DNA of 23,077 nt from Vermamoeba vermiformis (lineage: Eukaryota). Positions within the stretch are counted from its first letter, which is position 1, and each line of letters starts with the position of its first letter. A program made the position numbers and the translations under genes. Location of the stretch: NCBI GenBank assembly GCA_045837725.1, contig JBEWZL010000178.1, positions 186,001-209,077 on the forward strand, in the 5' to 3' direction. Under the pieces are notes generated by a model. It saw only the letters and a list, made by a program, of their open reading frames with translations. It was not told the origin of the DNA and ran no database searches. Of this stretch, positions 10,068 to 22,801 are shown in pieces.

Positions 10068-12779
10068 CTAACAGTTCTTGCCAAGATTAATTTGGTTGAC
10101 AAATTCAAGATGTGGAGTGTCAGATTCGGTGCCATTGAAGTGGTGAAGCTCCAAGAGAATGATCTCATTGCGACCCTTCTTCAATAAAGGCCAAGGCACG
10201 TAATTAGTGACTTGCGGACCAGCGTTCCAATAACGACCCAAGTTGAATCCGTTCACCCAGATCACGCCCTTGACCCACTTGCTCATATCCAAGAACGTAT
10301 CAGCGACAGTATCAATATCGAGGTAGCCGCGCCAGAAGGTAGGCTCGTTAGTGCGGTCATTGTTGTCGTAACGTGGGCCAAATTTCTCGTTGATACTCGA
10401 GATCGGAGTTATGTCCGCGAGCGGCAATGAATACTGAGTGTAGTGGAATTGCCATTGACCATCAAGCTCGAAGGGCTAAATATAAAACATATGATTAGGA
10501 TGCTATTGATGACCTATCATATTAAAAAAACTTACCAAAAGTAGGCCTTTACGCTCAGTTTCCATCGCGCTACCAAAATTAATACGACCAGTGTTTTCAA
10601 CTAAGAAAGAAAGTTGTTGACCCTAATATACCATATACATTAGCTACATCATCATTGCACGAGCGATAATTAACTTACAGGTTTCTTGATCTGCAGTGGC
10701 ACGTTGTTGCTCTTGGCATTACCACGCCAAACAGCGCCTTGATAATCACCGTCCAAAAAGACCTGAGCACGATCTTTCATGTTGGTGAAATAAAGAGACA
10801 AGTTCAAAGGCTGTTGACCAATAGCAGCCAACGTGGTCTGGTAGTAGATGAAGCCGTAGTACTGATTGAAATCTTCCATTTGCTGCCAAAGATGCGTTAG
10901 ATAAGAATAGACGTAGCATGTGCACGAGAAAACTTACAATAGGGAACGTGCTCTCAAGAGGAGGAGGGCTAAGGACGCTCAAAGTGGTCGGATCCAACAA
11001 CTTGGCAACCTTGGAAACGCTAACACGACCGTAGGCCTTCTTAGGAGTAGGAGCAGGCAATTCAGGCTATAAAGTGTGCATAAAATTAGAGGTTGTGCTT
11101 CAAAAATTTGTGTTTAATACTTACCAAAGGATCGGTGTTGATCTGAGTGAAGATCTCCTTGAATAAATAGAACTTGAAGTTCAAATCACCAGCCTCGTTG
11201 ATAGGTGCGTCTGTGCATCGCATGTTAATAAAAGAACAATAAACGGTCACGTAACGTACCATAATCATAGCTCGTAACTTGCGGCGCGTAGTTGCCGTAG
11301 GTTCCATCTCCATTAGCGCCGGACATAAAACCAAAGCTAGTACCACCGTGGTACATGTACAAGTTAACAGAAGCGTTCCAAGAAAGCGTGTTAAGAAGAG
11401 TGATGGATGCCGAGATCGGATCACCAATATTGTGGCAACTGCCAGTCCAAGAGTCAAACCAACCAACCCTAGGGTAAAAAATAAACGATTTAGCAAGTTA
11501 ACAACGAGACACGACGCAACAACAGGGCAAAAGAGCAAAAAAAATCGCTCCCACCTGGGTTCGAACCAGGGACCTTTCGGTTAACAGCCGAACGCTCTGC
11601 CGACTGAGCTATGGAAGCTTGTTGATTTTTGCGAAGCGACCTTTTTTGAGACTAGTCAGGTCTAGACAACTTACCAGTACTCGGTGTTGAACAGAGGACC
11701 AGTTGTTTGATAACGACGCAATGTCTTGAAGGTACCGTCAACGTCCGTACCAATACCGTAGTTGGCGGTCTTGACAACTTCTTTGACTGCACCTCCTTGC
11801 AATTGTAGGTCGCTAATGCCGTTGGAAGAGAACAACACAGTCTCGATGCCATTGCTGCGCACGGTGTCGATGATGCCTTGCATGTACTTGTGGTCAGATC
11901 CGTAGCTGCCGTACTCGTTCTCAATTTGAACCAAGACGATAGGACCTCCCAAGTGGTATTGCAAGGGTTGAAGACGAGGCAACAAGGCGTTCAAGAATCG
12001 CTTAGTATAGAACATATACTGTTGATTGTCACAGCGCAAATGGACTTTGGGATCAGAAAGCAACCATCCAGGGAAGCCTCCAAACTCCCACTCTACGTAC
12101 GATTAGCACAAATATATTAAACTCGAGCTATTACTAGTCTACGTACCAGCACAAATATAAGGAGGAGGACGAATGATGACTAACAAGCCAACCTTCTGCG
12201 CGTATTGCACGAACTTGACAATGTCTAATCTGCCAGTGAAATCATAGCTATCAGCGTTCTTAGGTTGATGAAGATTCCACGAGACGTAAGTCTACGTTTG
12301 TTAATTCAAAATTAGTAAGGTGGATTTAGTCCCGTGTCTCTTCGGACACTTACCTCGACGGTATTCAATCCACCAGCCTTCATTTTAATTAATCGGTCCA
12401 TCCATAATTCAGGGAGAGATCTGAAATAATGAAACGCGCCTATATATTTAAAATAATTAATTTTGAATTTCAAAAAGATTTTTATTTTACCTGACAAAAT
12501 TCTAAATGGCTTGCCATCCTTAGCCCATGAATTGCCCATCACCACGAAGGTTCTATTATTTACGGCAGGATTATTTTTGCCATAGACATAGTCGTAAGTC
12601 GGAGGAGCAAAATCTGCCAAAAACATTTAATTTATTAATATTTATCCACATAATTTGGGCACATAAAAATAAATATTAATTTAAAGACGTCATCGCATAC
12701 CTTTGACTTTTAAACATCGCGCGACCGCAAAACTAGCCAGTAACACCGCTAGAAAACACAACAAATATGAGAGCCGCAT
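10068..12779 (-). CDS. Glycoside hydrolase family 35 beta-galactosidase, secreted or lysosomal
   Basis: Signal peptide MRLSYLLCFLAVLLASFAVA; GH35 motifs ILSGAFHYFR, MKAGGLNTVE, GGPIVLVQIENEYGSY, TEYWVGWFDSW, NLYMYHGGTSFG, TSYDYDAPINEAG, KGVIWVNGFNLGRYW; about 10 GT-AG introns. Confidence 0.95.
11537..11544 (-). terminator. RNA polymerase III terminator (T8) of tRNA-Asn
   Basis: Run of 8 T on the minus strand beginning 2 nt after the tRNA discriminator base. Confidence 0.8.
11546..11618 (-). tRNA. tRNA-Asn: tRNA-Asn (anticodon GTT), intronless, nested in beta-galactosidase intron 11469..11674
   Basis: Minus strand GCTTCCATAGCTCAGTCGGCAGAGCGTTCGGCTGTTAACCGAAAGGTCCCTGGTTCGAACCCAGGTGGGAGCG folds as a cloverleaf: acceptor GCTTCCA/TGGGAGC, anticodon arm TTCGG-CTGTTAA-CCGAA, T-loop TTCGAAC; no encoded CCA. 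Confidence 0.96.
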
Positions 12780-12990
12780 ACAAATATATGATATATAGTG
12801 ATATATTTACAAACTTAATAGTAATGGGATGACGGAAAGTAGCAAAAAAAAAGGTCCGTCGGAAATTTCTGTCGAATTGACCGGGTTGCAATTTACGAGC
12901 AGGTGCCCAAGGTTTTATTTACAATTAGTACGTTTAAGTAGACGTACATCAAATAAATTAACAAAACTATTAACAATAAATAACAAGATC

Positions 12991-15900
12991 TTATTTCGCT
13001 TCGGTTTCCGCAGCTAGCTTTTCTAACTTCGCATCCAGCAAGTCGTAGATGACAGTAAGCTTTTCAGGCGATACGTTCTCTTTCTCCAAAATTGAAGGTA
13101 CTTCTGATAACTTGCCATCGACCACCATTTTGTAGCATTCATCGACGAGCTTAGGTACATCCACGTTCTCGTTGTAGAGGACGCGAGGGCTGTTCGGTGA
13201 GTCAGTGCCCGCGGTACTGCTGCTCGCGCTGCTGATCTCATCCTCACTATCGTCATCGTAAGCCCAGTCAAAGTCCTCGTCCATGCCGCTGTTGGACGAC
13301 ACGTCAGATCGAGGTGAAGCCAAGTACTCGTCGACGTCATCAATGCTGCCATTTTGAGAAATCAAAGCTGACAAGAAAGAAGCGACATCTTGGTTGGTGT
13401 TCATGATCAAAGAAGAACGTCTCGGGGACATCATGTCAGTCGAGGTTGGTGAGGCAGGAGTGCTCTTAGTCTCTTCCTTATTGTTCGTGTTAGGGTTGAC
13501 GGGGCCACGAGGGGATGACGGCGTGCTTGCGCTGGAAGCGCGAGTCAATAATTGTTGCTTCTGTTCGCGCAGTTGACTCATCTGAGACTGGATCTTGTCG
13601 AGTTGTCGCAGCGATTGCTTTCGTGAATGAGTCTTTCCGGGCAACGAAGACATGCGTCTTTCGGCACCTTTAAAAGGAAATAATTCGATTAGACCACTAA
13701 AGAACACTAACAAATGGAGCTCATATCAACAAACTTACCTTTAGGTTTCTTGAGTCCGTGTTCTGTTTGTGATCGATGAGGCTTTCTTTCTTTGGTAATA
13801 TCCAACTTAGGCACGACGGAAGACTTGCGAGGTGATGCCTGTTAAAATTTGTTTAGTCAAAGTACTCCGATTTGATGTAGAGGTTACGCAAGCTTCTGGT
13901 GGATTGAAAAACTTACCTTAGCGCTATCTGGTGGTGACTCGTTTGTATTGCTGCCAGTGCTGGCTTGTTTTTTCAAAACTGGAATTATTCTATTCTTATC
14001 CGAAGAGGTAGTGACGGCAGATGAGGAAGATCTCAAACGGCTAGCCGGATCTTTGTCCTTTGATGAATCAGAGCGAGGCGAATCTGTTGTTGTTTCAGAG
14101 GGTGAAGAAGAGAGCGGGCTTTCGCTGATTGGTCCAAAAATCTCTTTAGCCTGATTTGGAAAAATTGTCAGCATCCAGCCGAGTATCATTTCAAAATAGA
14201 AAATGAATTAATCCTGCCGTGCAATAAAAATGTCGCTTTTGATCCAAAACTTACGTGTTTTCGTTCTCCTCTCTTTTTCTGCAATTTATCGATCAAGATC
14301 GGATCCGTAATCTCTTTGTCTTTGCTATCAATCATGCTAGACTGCCTTCGGTGACCGCCTTCGCTGTTAATTCGCTCTCTTTCTTTCTTAATAAGGTTGC
14401 TAGCGTATCTTAAAGTACCAGTACGCAACGAGTTCTGGAATGCTTTGACTTGTTCTTGTTTCTTGGATTGTGGACCTTGGTCCTCTTCGCCAGGAAGCGG
14501 CTTATTCTAAATAGGACACAAAAATTAGTTTCTTGCAATTTTCCGGGCAGCGTAATCTTCGAGAATCGTACCAAGAAGATTTGTTCGTAATATGTTATAA
14601 GAGTATTCAGTACTCGAGAAGCAGGGACCATATCCATAAGAATTTGTTGAATAGAATTATCGCGAGACCGACTACAATAAATCAATTGTTAGTAATCGCG
14701 TACTGGAGGCCAAATTTAAATTTTGACCGTCAAAGTTGAAAATTTGACTGTCAAATCCTCCGAGCAATCAATAAGAATTTATTCTGTGTGAATCTCTTTT
14801 ACGTAACGCGTGATTTACTGAGCTACTTACCTAATTAACGAAGGGGCGAAGATAGTGGCCAGGTTATTAGCGTCCATCTTGTTCTTGCCGTGGTTTTGAA
14901 CAACTTTGTGGAACAATCCAATCAGTGCCTGTGCCATATTAGTGATTAGAAAGGGCTCTAAGCAAGCGAGGATATCATGCTTTCCACGAATTATTTAAAT
15001 GCAACGTGTTTTTACCTCAGCAATAACTTTATGACCAGGCGGCAGTTGTTCCAGCGCTTGTCGAAGGCATTCGTGTTGCAAGAATGTATCAGCGATCTCT
15101 GTAACAGATATAATCAGTTAGAATCAGAAATAAACGTAAAAAGAGATGTTCCGCGGCACGATCACGCAGATGTCGGTATTTACCGGTTGCTTTGAGGAAA
15201 CTATCAGATATTTCGTATGTGAATAAAGGCTCGTCCATATCGATCAAAAATGACTTCAAAATGCCTGCTGCAAGATGCGGGTCCGTAACCGCCTTGTCGA
15301 ACTTTGACGCCTTGCCTACGATAAATTTTTATTTTAATATTGTGCCACTGCCGATAATCTAACTGTTTATAATTTACCTCTATCGAGCTCTTTTCTCATC
15401 GATTTAATAGCTCCAGCATCGCCAGGAATGCGAAAGATTCCTTCTACGGTCAATCCTGAAGTGTGATCAAAGATCAGATGACATTCGGTGAAATAAATTA
15501 AGCTAGTATTTTGGTCATCGATAGCAGTAACATAGTATTATAAGATGTACTAAAAAGTTAGCGTAGAGATCGCGTGACACACTTCACCGATCGCCGATTA
15601 TTTTAAAGTCAGAAATTTCAACAAAAAACAGCGCTTCTAGTGTTTCATACGCGGCAAGTTAATATAACTCGTATGAATTTAAAAGAATTGTTTGTAGCAA
15701 GTCGATAAGTAGTCATAACTTGGAAGCCTATCAAACGTGCCAACAACAAATCATTTTTGTGTTCGATAAAGCCAGCCGACCCGCGGCTATGGTTATATGA
15801 TAGTGAGCAGTATTAACAAATTAACCTTTGTAAATAATTTGCAACAAAATCAAGAAAATCTTTGCATTACCTTTTTGTTCTAAAAATTTGATCGGACACG

Positions 15901-16107
15901 ACACTGATGCAGGAAGTTGGGGCTTCAAAGGGTCAAAATCCTTCACCTACAACGACATAGAACGTTAATAATCAATTTTTAGACACTCGGACAAATTTAA
16001 AATTAAAACGATGCCGATCAACCGCATCCCAACGAAAAACTTGCCTTCTTCTTTGCCGCCTTTCTTGGCGTCTTCTTCGGCGTATTTCCAGATACTTTGA
16101 GGTACAT
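12991..16107 (-). CDS. RhoGAP-domain protein with long Ser-rich disordered C-terminal region
   Basis: RhoGAP motifs FLEQKGLTVEGIFRIPGD (arginine finger), DPHLAAGILKSFLIDMDEPLFTY, LFHKVVQNHGKNKMDANNLATIFAPSLI; about 10 introns. The start at 16107 is tentative and needs GC-AG intron 15947..16044. Confidence 0.88.
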
Positions 16108-16681
16108 GCTTGCTTTCGTGTTGTGTATACTGTACGACGAAATGCTAGTGACATAATCTTGGTGATTTTTTTGGCCGTTTTTTCGAACTCGAATTTTCGA
16201 CGTTTTTTAGATTATTTTTCAACGTGGTGCCAAAAAAGCACTAATCCACTGTACCAACGTTATAGCCACATTTGGCTCGTACTTGACGAAGAAAGAACAA
16301 AAATAGAGTGCGATCCGAACCCCAAAAGCAATTTTTAAACCCGTTTAGAGCCATTGGCGATATTTGTTAAGTAATTACGCATTAGCGTTATAAATTTGCC
16401 TTTTCTATCGTTCCGGAGATTGGCTTTGCGATAAAATTTAAAAAGATTCTGTGATCGAGCACGAAGAAAATTCAACATGCAATTAAATAATATTAACCAG
16501 AATGTCATATATCTCCTCAAAAAGATGTAATATATGCCATTAGAATCGTACCCGATTATTATTCTTCTCAATTCTAAATCCAGATCAACACCTGCGAATG
16601 CCACCTCCAAAGATTGGTATATTCGAGGAGGATCTCCAAATGAAGGGCCTTCATTAATATTTACAATTTTGTGGCTTCTTC

Positions 16682-19600
16682 CTATTCTGACTTGTCGCTC
16701 GTTGAGGTTTCATTCGTGTTAGGATCGGGAACTTCAGAGCTCGTAGCAGCTTGTTCCGCTTGACCTTCATGCACGCTATCGTTGGTACTAGGTGCCTCTT
16801 GTTGTTGGTTCGTATTTGTAGTATTTACAGCGGCCGTAGCATCTTCTTTAGGAGTCTGATCTTGATCTTGATCTGTGTTCGCTGGTGTCACTTGTCTCGA
16901 GCTATTATCTTCTTCATTTGTTGTCTCATTATTAGTACTAGGTGCTGGCTCGCCATTATTATCACCTTCAGCTTTAGCATTATTATTCTCTTCGTCCTTC
17001 AGTGGTTGAGATCCAGCGGTGTCGCTCGAGCCATTGCCGTTATTTTCTTGTAATTTCTTTTCTTCCAATAACAACTTCGTCAAGTTCTGTGGTGTAGGGC
17101 CGTAGAAGTCGATCAATTTGTTCGTCAGTTCCTCTGTAGCGATGAGTCTACGAGGACTGTCAAACAGTGAAACTACTGCTCGCGCAACAAACGGGATGAA
17201 CTCTTCGCAAGTGACCTATCGAGTCTCGTTAATAAAAGATGGAAATATGAGTGCTAAGTGCCTACTCTACACAGCTCGGCGTAGCCTTTCTTGTCTTCAG
17301 GCTTAGCAGCGTTGATGACATTAACAGTCAGATCCACAACGTGGTTAAGTGCATTGAACAGAGCAGTGCTGATTGGTGTCTGCAAAGATTGAGGACAGCA
17401 TTTGCGCAGTTCATTGAACGCTTGTAGAATGCTATTGAGTAACAGCGCTAACGGAACGTAGTCGATGAGGACACGAGGCGGCTGAAGCTTTGACGGATCC
17501 TCTGCACAAGTTAAATTAGGACCAATATCAGCTGCAAATACTAGATAGATCACAATAGACGTACCTTTTGTCGGAGTGACTGTTGGCGAAGGTGCAGAAA
17601 AAGATGAGTTCAGGGAGGCAGGTCCGCTGGATCTGACCACTTGTTAGAGCACGTGATACCTTTTGAAGGCAGTACTTACGGTGTGTTTTGTGGCGGCGTA
17701 AACTTCTTGATGGTCATTGTAAACTGATCGACTCCAGTATGCAAAGTATTCAAAAACATGTCTAAAATACATTTCTCAAAGATGGGCACGAGCAGGGCTA
17801 AAATTTTTTTTGTTAATCATGTAATAGTGCAAATAATATATTGGTACCTCTAAAGTCAGCGCCAGCCTTGGATAAAGATGAGCCCAAGTACATGCATTGG
17901 TTCATAATGTTCAAGATCGAGGAGCCGTCGGAAATTTGTGGCAAGTATCTGTGTGGAGTAAAGTTATAAACTGTCATATCAGTGGAGTATATAAATGCAT
18001 ATATATACACTTACTTCTTCAATATTTGAATAAAATCGCTGATTTTATGAACGAGCCAGCTGTACAAAATTCCTTCGTCCTAAAAAGGAAAACACGTGCA
18101 TTGTGAGCACTAAGATGACAATATATTAATCCCTAGTATTATATCTTACCTCTTCAGTGGTACTACTCGAGTCCTCTTCACTATTTGTATCGAAGATAGT
18201 CTTATATTGCGTAATAATATCGAAATATTGAGCGCGGCAGGTATCGATCAACTTGCTCAACTAAGATCCAAAATTAATGATTTATTCATATAATTAGAGT
18301 ATTAATGATATATATAACGTTATTTAATATAGTTTTAAGCTACTTACGTAATTGTAAGCGTTGTTGGTCGGGATCAAGGACAAAGCATTTTGCATGCTAA
18401 TGTCGCGGCATTGCAAGAAGCATACTCTAATCTCTCTATTATCATAGACTTGTAGTCTACTTAAATAGCCAATAGCACGAGAACATTGCGCTAATTGCGT
18501 CGTTGTGCTCAATTGTTGATGGAGTTGCGCGATCATCATTTCTGTGGCTTTTTCAACATCGTCATACTAATATTAATATATAAGTACGTGTATAAAGTAC
18601 TAATATGGTATATATTTCTATAAATGATAACGACTAGCTTACAATAAGTTTCAGCACTTTGACTTCCGGATGTGATTTGTACATTCGCGCGGCAAATTGT
18701 TTCAATTCAAGTGCTTCTTCATAATATTGACTCTATATATTTGTGTTATTAAAACGCACGAGGAATAAAATAACTACACAATTAAGTGCTATTCCGTACC
18801 TTAATACAGGTGTCGATCATTTGAGGCAGTTCCAACAATTCTAATAGTGTCGAGTGCTGTTTCAATGTCGTGTTGGCTGCTTTTCGTTTCGTTGAGATCT
18901 TGTTCGCTTGCGAGATAAAGTCCTAATAATACAAGCAAGTAAGCACAAAGATTCCGAGTACATCCGGACGGCGTTACAAAGCAGATCCACGCTTAGTGTA
19001 CATCTCATGATAGTCTATTTGATGGTTATGTATTGTATACGGGTACTTACTTGGCATGAGGCGTTTAAATCGGTTAAGTGATGCGTTGTTTTGTCGATCC
19101 CGCCTGAAACACCTGACAACTGAAAAAAAATACGTTAGACGATCTTCTACCAAATTTAAATAATATAGAATAGATAGTATGGGTGAGTTGGATTAGATAT
19201 GACGGATAATATGAAAAAAGATGTTGATGGCTTGGAGGAAAAATTTACCTGGTTTCTGATCTCGCGAGTGCATTCAGAGGTTTGAATAAAAGTCTTATAA
19301 TTCTTGAATGCTAAATCGTGCATTTCGCGTTGAATATGTTCGCGCTCAATAGCAAGTCGAGTAGGTTCTTCCGCGACTTTGTCTAAACTGAATTGACTCA
19401 GATCTGCTAGATATCTCGTTGTTTCTGCTACATAATTTGTGTCTCGTAGCTTTTGTTCATCTGGAAGGAGAAAGCGGAGCAAACTGAAAGAAACTACGTC
19501 AGATCCGAAAATACAGAAATAAAATATCGCTTGAAAAAAATCCAAAAATAGTATTGCACCATACAATAAATATAAATATGGGCGTTAGACGTAAATATTG

Positions 19601-19775
19601 TATATGCTAATTTAAAATAAAAATTTTAAGCTCGAAATTGACAATTAACGCGCTTGATCTCTTTACGAACCTGCTTTCCGCAGAGGACCCTAATTATGGC
19701 GAATATTAACATCATATAAAGCTGGTTATTTAGTATCTTTAACCTACCTTCAGTTTCTGTTTGGTACTCCTGCAT
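16682..19775 (-). CDS. COG8: Conserved oligomeric Golgi complex subunit 8 (Dor1 family)
   Basis: Motifs EEPTRLAIEREHIQREMHDLAFKNYKTFIQTSEC, LKQHSTLLELLELPQMIDTCIKSQYYEEALEL, RAIGYLSRL, QCMYLGSSLSKAGADFR, LQPPRVLIDYVPLALLLNSILQAFNELRKCCP; about 12 introns; first exon 19775..19748 tentative. Confidence 0.88.
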
Positions 19776-20201
19776 CTTGACTGACTAAAATTACCGCCTC
19801 AATTTTGATTCAAATACTCGACAAAACACAATAGGTCCACACAATAGCACCTTTCAATATTAATACAAATATTATATTACAGCCCTAGTGTAATCAACTT
19901 CAAAAGGAGGAAGGTCGAGAGATCAAATAGACCGGCTTGAGCAGCTAAAAATTATTATTATCGGGTGAGGTCCTTTTTATTTGTTCATGAACGTTTTTAT
20001 TATAGTACTACTATAGAGATGACAACCTGACAGTTCGTATTAATAATTGCAACTCGTTTGGATCTCGTAATTAAAGTTAATCCATGCGTAAAAATTGAAA
20101 TTGTTTGCTCCGAGGACAAATTTCTGCGTCCTAAAAATTGTTCTATTTAATTAATTTCAAGCACCGTTAACCACACTTGGCTACTGCAACATCCGTTCGA
20201 G

Positions 20202-22343
20202 ATGTGGCTTTTACTCATTGCTTGTGCAATCCTAGGCTGGCTTTTCTATCGCAAGGTATTTTCTACGATATAAATATTTAGTTAGCCTTGCGTACTAATT
20301 GATTATTCAAGGTACTTTGGCCGTGGGATGATCTTCCTAACATCCCGGGACCCAAGCCCGTTCCATTCTTCGGTGTAATTTTCGAGCTTATGAAATACAA
20401 GAGTTCTGAAGATTTTCAAGCGGCCTTCTCTAAGAAATATGGGCCTTATTACAAGTACGCGGAGCGGATCCTAATTTTAATGAATATTTTTATAATGATT
20501 GTATGATTCAGATTATACCTCCCGTTAACTCAAATGCTTCAAGTTGGTGACCCTGAAATAATCAAGGCATCCTTATATAACCACAAAGCTGGCTATGATG
20601 TTTTAATGCCGCTACTAAAGGTAAAGGAACCTAGATCTCGCTTACTCAACGTTACATCGCTTAAATTATTCGTGCTTTTACTGTTATAAGTCTATTTAAT
20701 ATTAATTATGATATAATAGAATGGGTTGGTGACTACTGAGGACGACAAATGGAAGCACGACAGAAAGTTATTGGATCAAGCTTTCTCGTTCAAATACTTG
20801 CGTGGCTTGCACTCTACTATCGTTAAGCACACTCAAATATTAATCGACGAGTGGAATAAGGTCCCTGTCGGCACTGAACTGAACGCTACTACGGATTTCA
20901 CCAACTTTACGTTTGACATTATTGGTGAAGTTGCTGTGAACGCGCAGTTTAACGCTATCAAATCAGGCGATAAGATTACTCATCCTATCTTATTAAGCTT
21001 CATCGAGTAAGTCGTTTCTTTTAAACTTAAAGTTTTCATCTGCATCTCTGATCCGTTACAAAACGGCAAATTGATTTAGAAATAGAAAATTCGCGTGCCC
21101 AAGTTAATTATATGCTTAATTTAACCTTATTAGGGCATTGACGGATTTAGCAACGTTGTTCAAGTACCCCTGGACTCAGCTCAATTTCTTCGCTCGCGCA
21201 CGAATCAGAAAGAACGTCAAATTTATTAAAGAACAAGTGGTGCGTGGTGTAAATGAGCGTAGAAAACAACGTAGCGAGTCGAGCGAGAGAAAGAACGATA
21301 TTTTGGATATCTTGCTGACCGTTAATGAGAAGACTGGCGAGCCTGAATTTACTGACGAAGATATTGTTGATCATTTGAACACTTTCTTGCAAGTACTATA
21401 GACTATATATTATTAGTAATTTTCTACGACTAATTTACTCAAAAACGGATCTTCGAGATCGGTTGGATCTTGCCGACATTTTTTCAGCATCATGATATAT
21501 TCTAATGATGATATTTGTATTTAGGTTTGCCGGCCACGATACCACTGCAGTACTATTATCTATGACTTATTTTGCTCTCGGCCAACGTCCCGAACTTAAG
21601 AAGAAGTGCCTCGAAGACATCGAATTTCTACGTAGCAAGAATTTCATTCCAAGCTACGACGATTTAGGAAACATGAATTATATAAGTATGGTACTTAACG
21701 AGTCACTAAGATTATACCCTCCTGCCTCATCTGCTCGGTAAGCAATTAATTCTTAAATTCGCTACATTTTTCCTGAAATTTCGTTACTAATAATAAATTT
21801 GATAAAATTAGCACGTTGACAGCAGAGAATGCAGCGGCGTTAGGCATTAAGGACTTTAAAAAGCTACGTTGTCCTACTCACGTTCATATTTCATCGTACT
21901 TGGCTCACTTGAATACGAAGTACTGGGACAATCCTATGGAGTAAGCTGGCCTTAATATATTAGCCTATTATTTCATAATATTTATATTTTATTTTTCTAG
22001 GTATAATCCTGAACGATTCTCAGCTGAAAATGTAGCGAAACGCGATCCGCTCGCTTATATTCCTTTCTTAGCTGGTCCACGAAAGTGCATTGGCAACGTG
22101 AGTTTATGCACGTATTTAATATTATAGATCGCGGCATAAGTTTTTGTTTTAAAACGGGATCTGGATCTGATCACTTTCCTTTTTTAGAATTTCGCGTTGA
22201 TGGAGGCTAAGACAGCGCTAGCTATGCTCTTACCTCGATTTGATTTCACTACTAGTCCCGCTGATATTGGGTGGGGCTATCAAATCGTGTCTAAGCCGCT
22301 CAAGGGTGTCAAGATTGTGATCCAGAACAAGACCACCATTTAA
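20202..22343 (+). CDS. Cytochrome P450 (membrane-anchored; CYP3/CYP4-clan-like)
   Basis: N-terminal anchor [18 protein letters not shown], hinge [12 protein letters not shown]-helix WKHDR, I-helix TFLFAGHDTT, K-helix ESLR, PERF motif, heme motif [11 protein letters not shown]; 8 introns. Confidence 0.95.
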
Positions 22344-22543
22344 TGCGCTTCAATCGACATAGTATGTAAATATGTTTAATATAGGCTATTTATTTACGAC
22401 ATTATTATAATTATTTTATGGCTGAGTAAGACGTTTTCGTTTTAACTCCGACTGCAAGTTTTTGCACCAGATCTGGTGCAAACTCACAATATCAATATTA
22501 TACAATTAATTATGGTACCATAATAATATTTAAATTAATAATA

Positions 22544-22801
22544 TTATTTTGGCGATATTGGCTCTTCTTCGCTGTATCGTTCTTGGATCAGATTCGTCAT
22601 TTGTTCTTTATACTTTTTGACGTCGGCTATTATCTCAGTTAACACTTCGTTCATATGCTCCATATAGTCCATTAATCTTAAATTTAATTCTAATGCATCT
22701 CGATCTCTTTCTGCGCTCGCTAAAATTTCGGTACGCAGCGCATCCAATTGCCGCACCATTTGCGAGTCAAATTTGTTGATTTGAGGGCCCGTACTAGACA
22801 T
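22544..22801 (-). CDS. Hypothetical 85-aa helical/coiled-coil protein
   Basis: ATG-to-stop ORF with amphipathic heptad-like pattern, flanked by very AT-rich noncoding DNA; no family recognised. Confidence 0.55.
   Translation of the reverse strand: MSSTGPQINKFDSQMVRQLDALRTEILASAERDRDALELNLRLMDYMEHMNEVLTEIIADVKKYKEQMTNLIQERYSEEEPISPK

Noticed and set aside
11086-11538. 150-aa hydrophobic-looking minus-strand ORF
   Set aside because: Largely an off-frame read across beta-galactosidase exons and introns; the true frame has GH35 motifs.
15456-15870. Longest intron (415 nt, RhoGAP) with short inverted repeats TGAAGTGTG/CACACTTCA and TCGGTGAA/TTCACCGA; possible snoRNA or MITE
   Set aside because: Pairings are only 8-9 bp, with no convincing C/D or H/ACA boxes or target-site duplication; an Rfam cmscan would be needed.
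16335-16680. 91-aa minus-strand ORF and AATGAAGG-G-CCTTCATT hairpin between COG8 and RhoGAP
   Set aside because: Non-ATG start, no recognisable domain, and it lies in probable UTR/promoter space.
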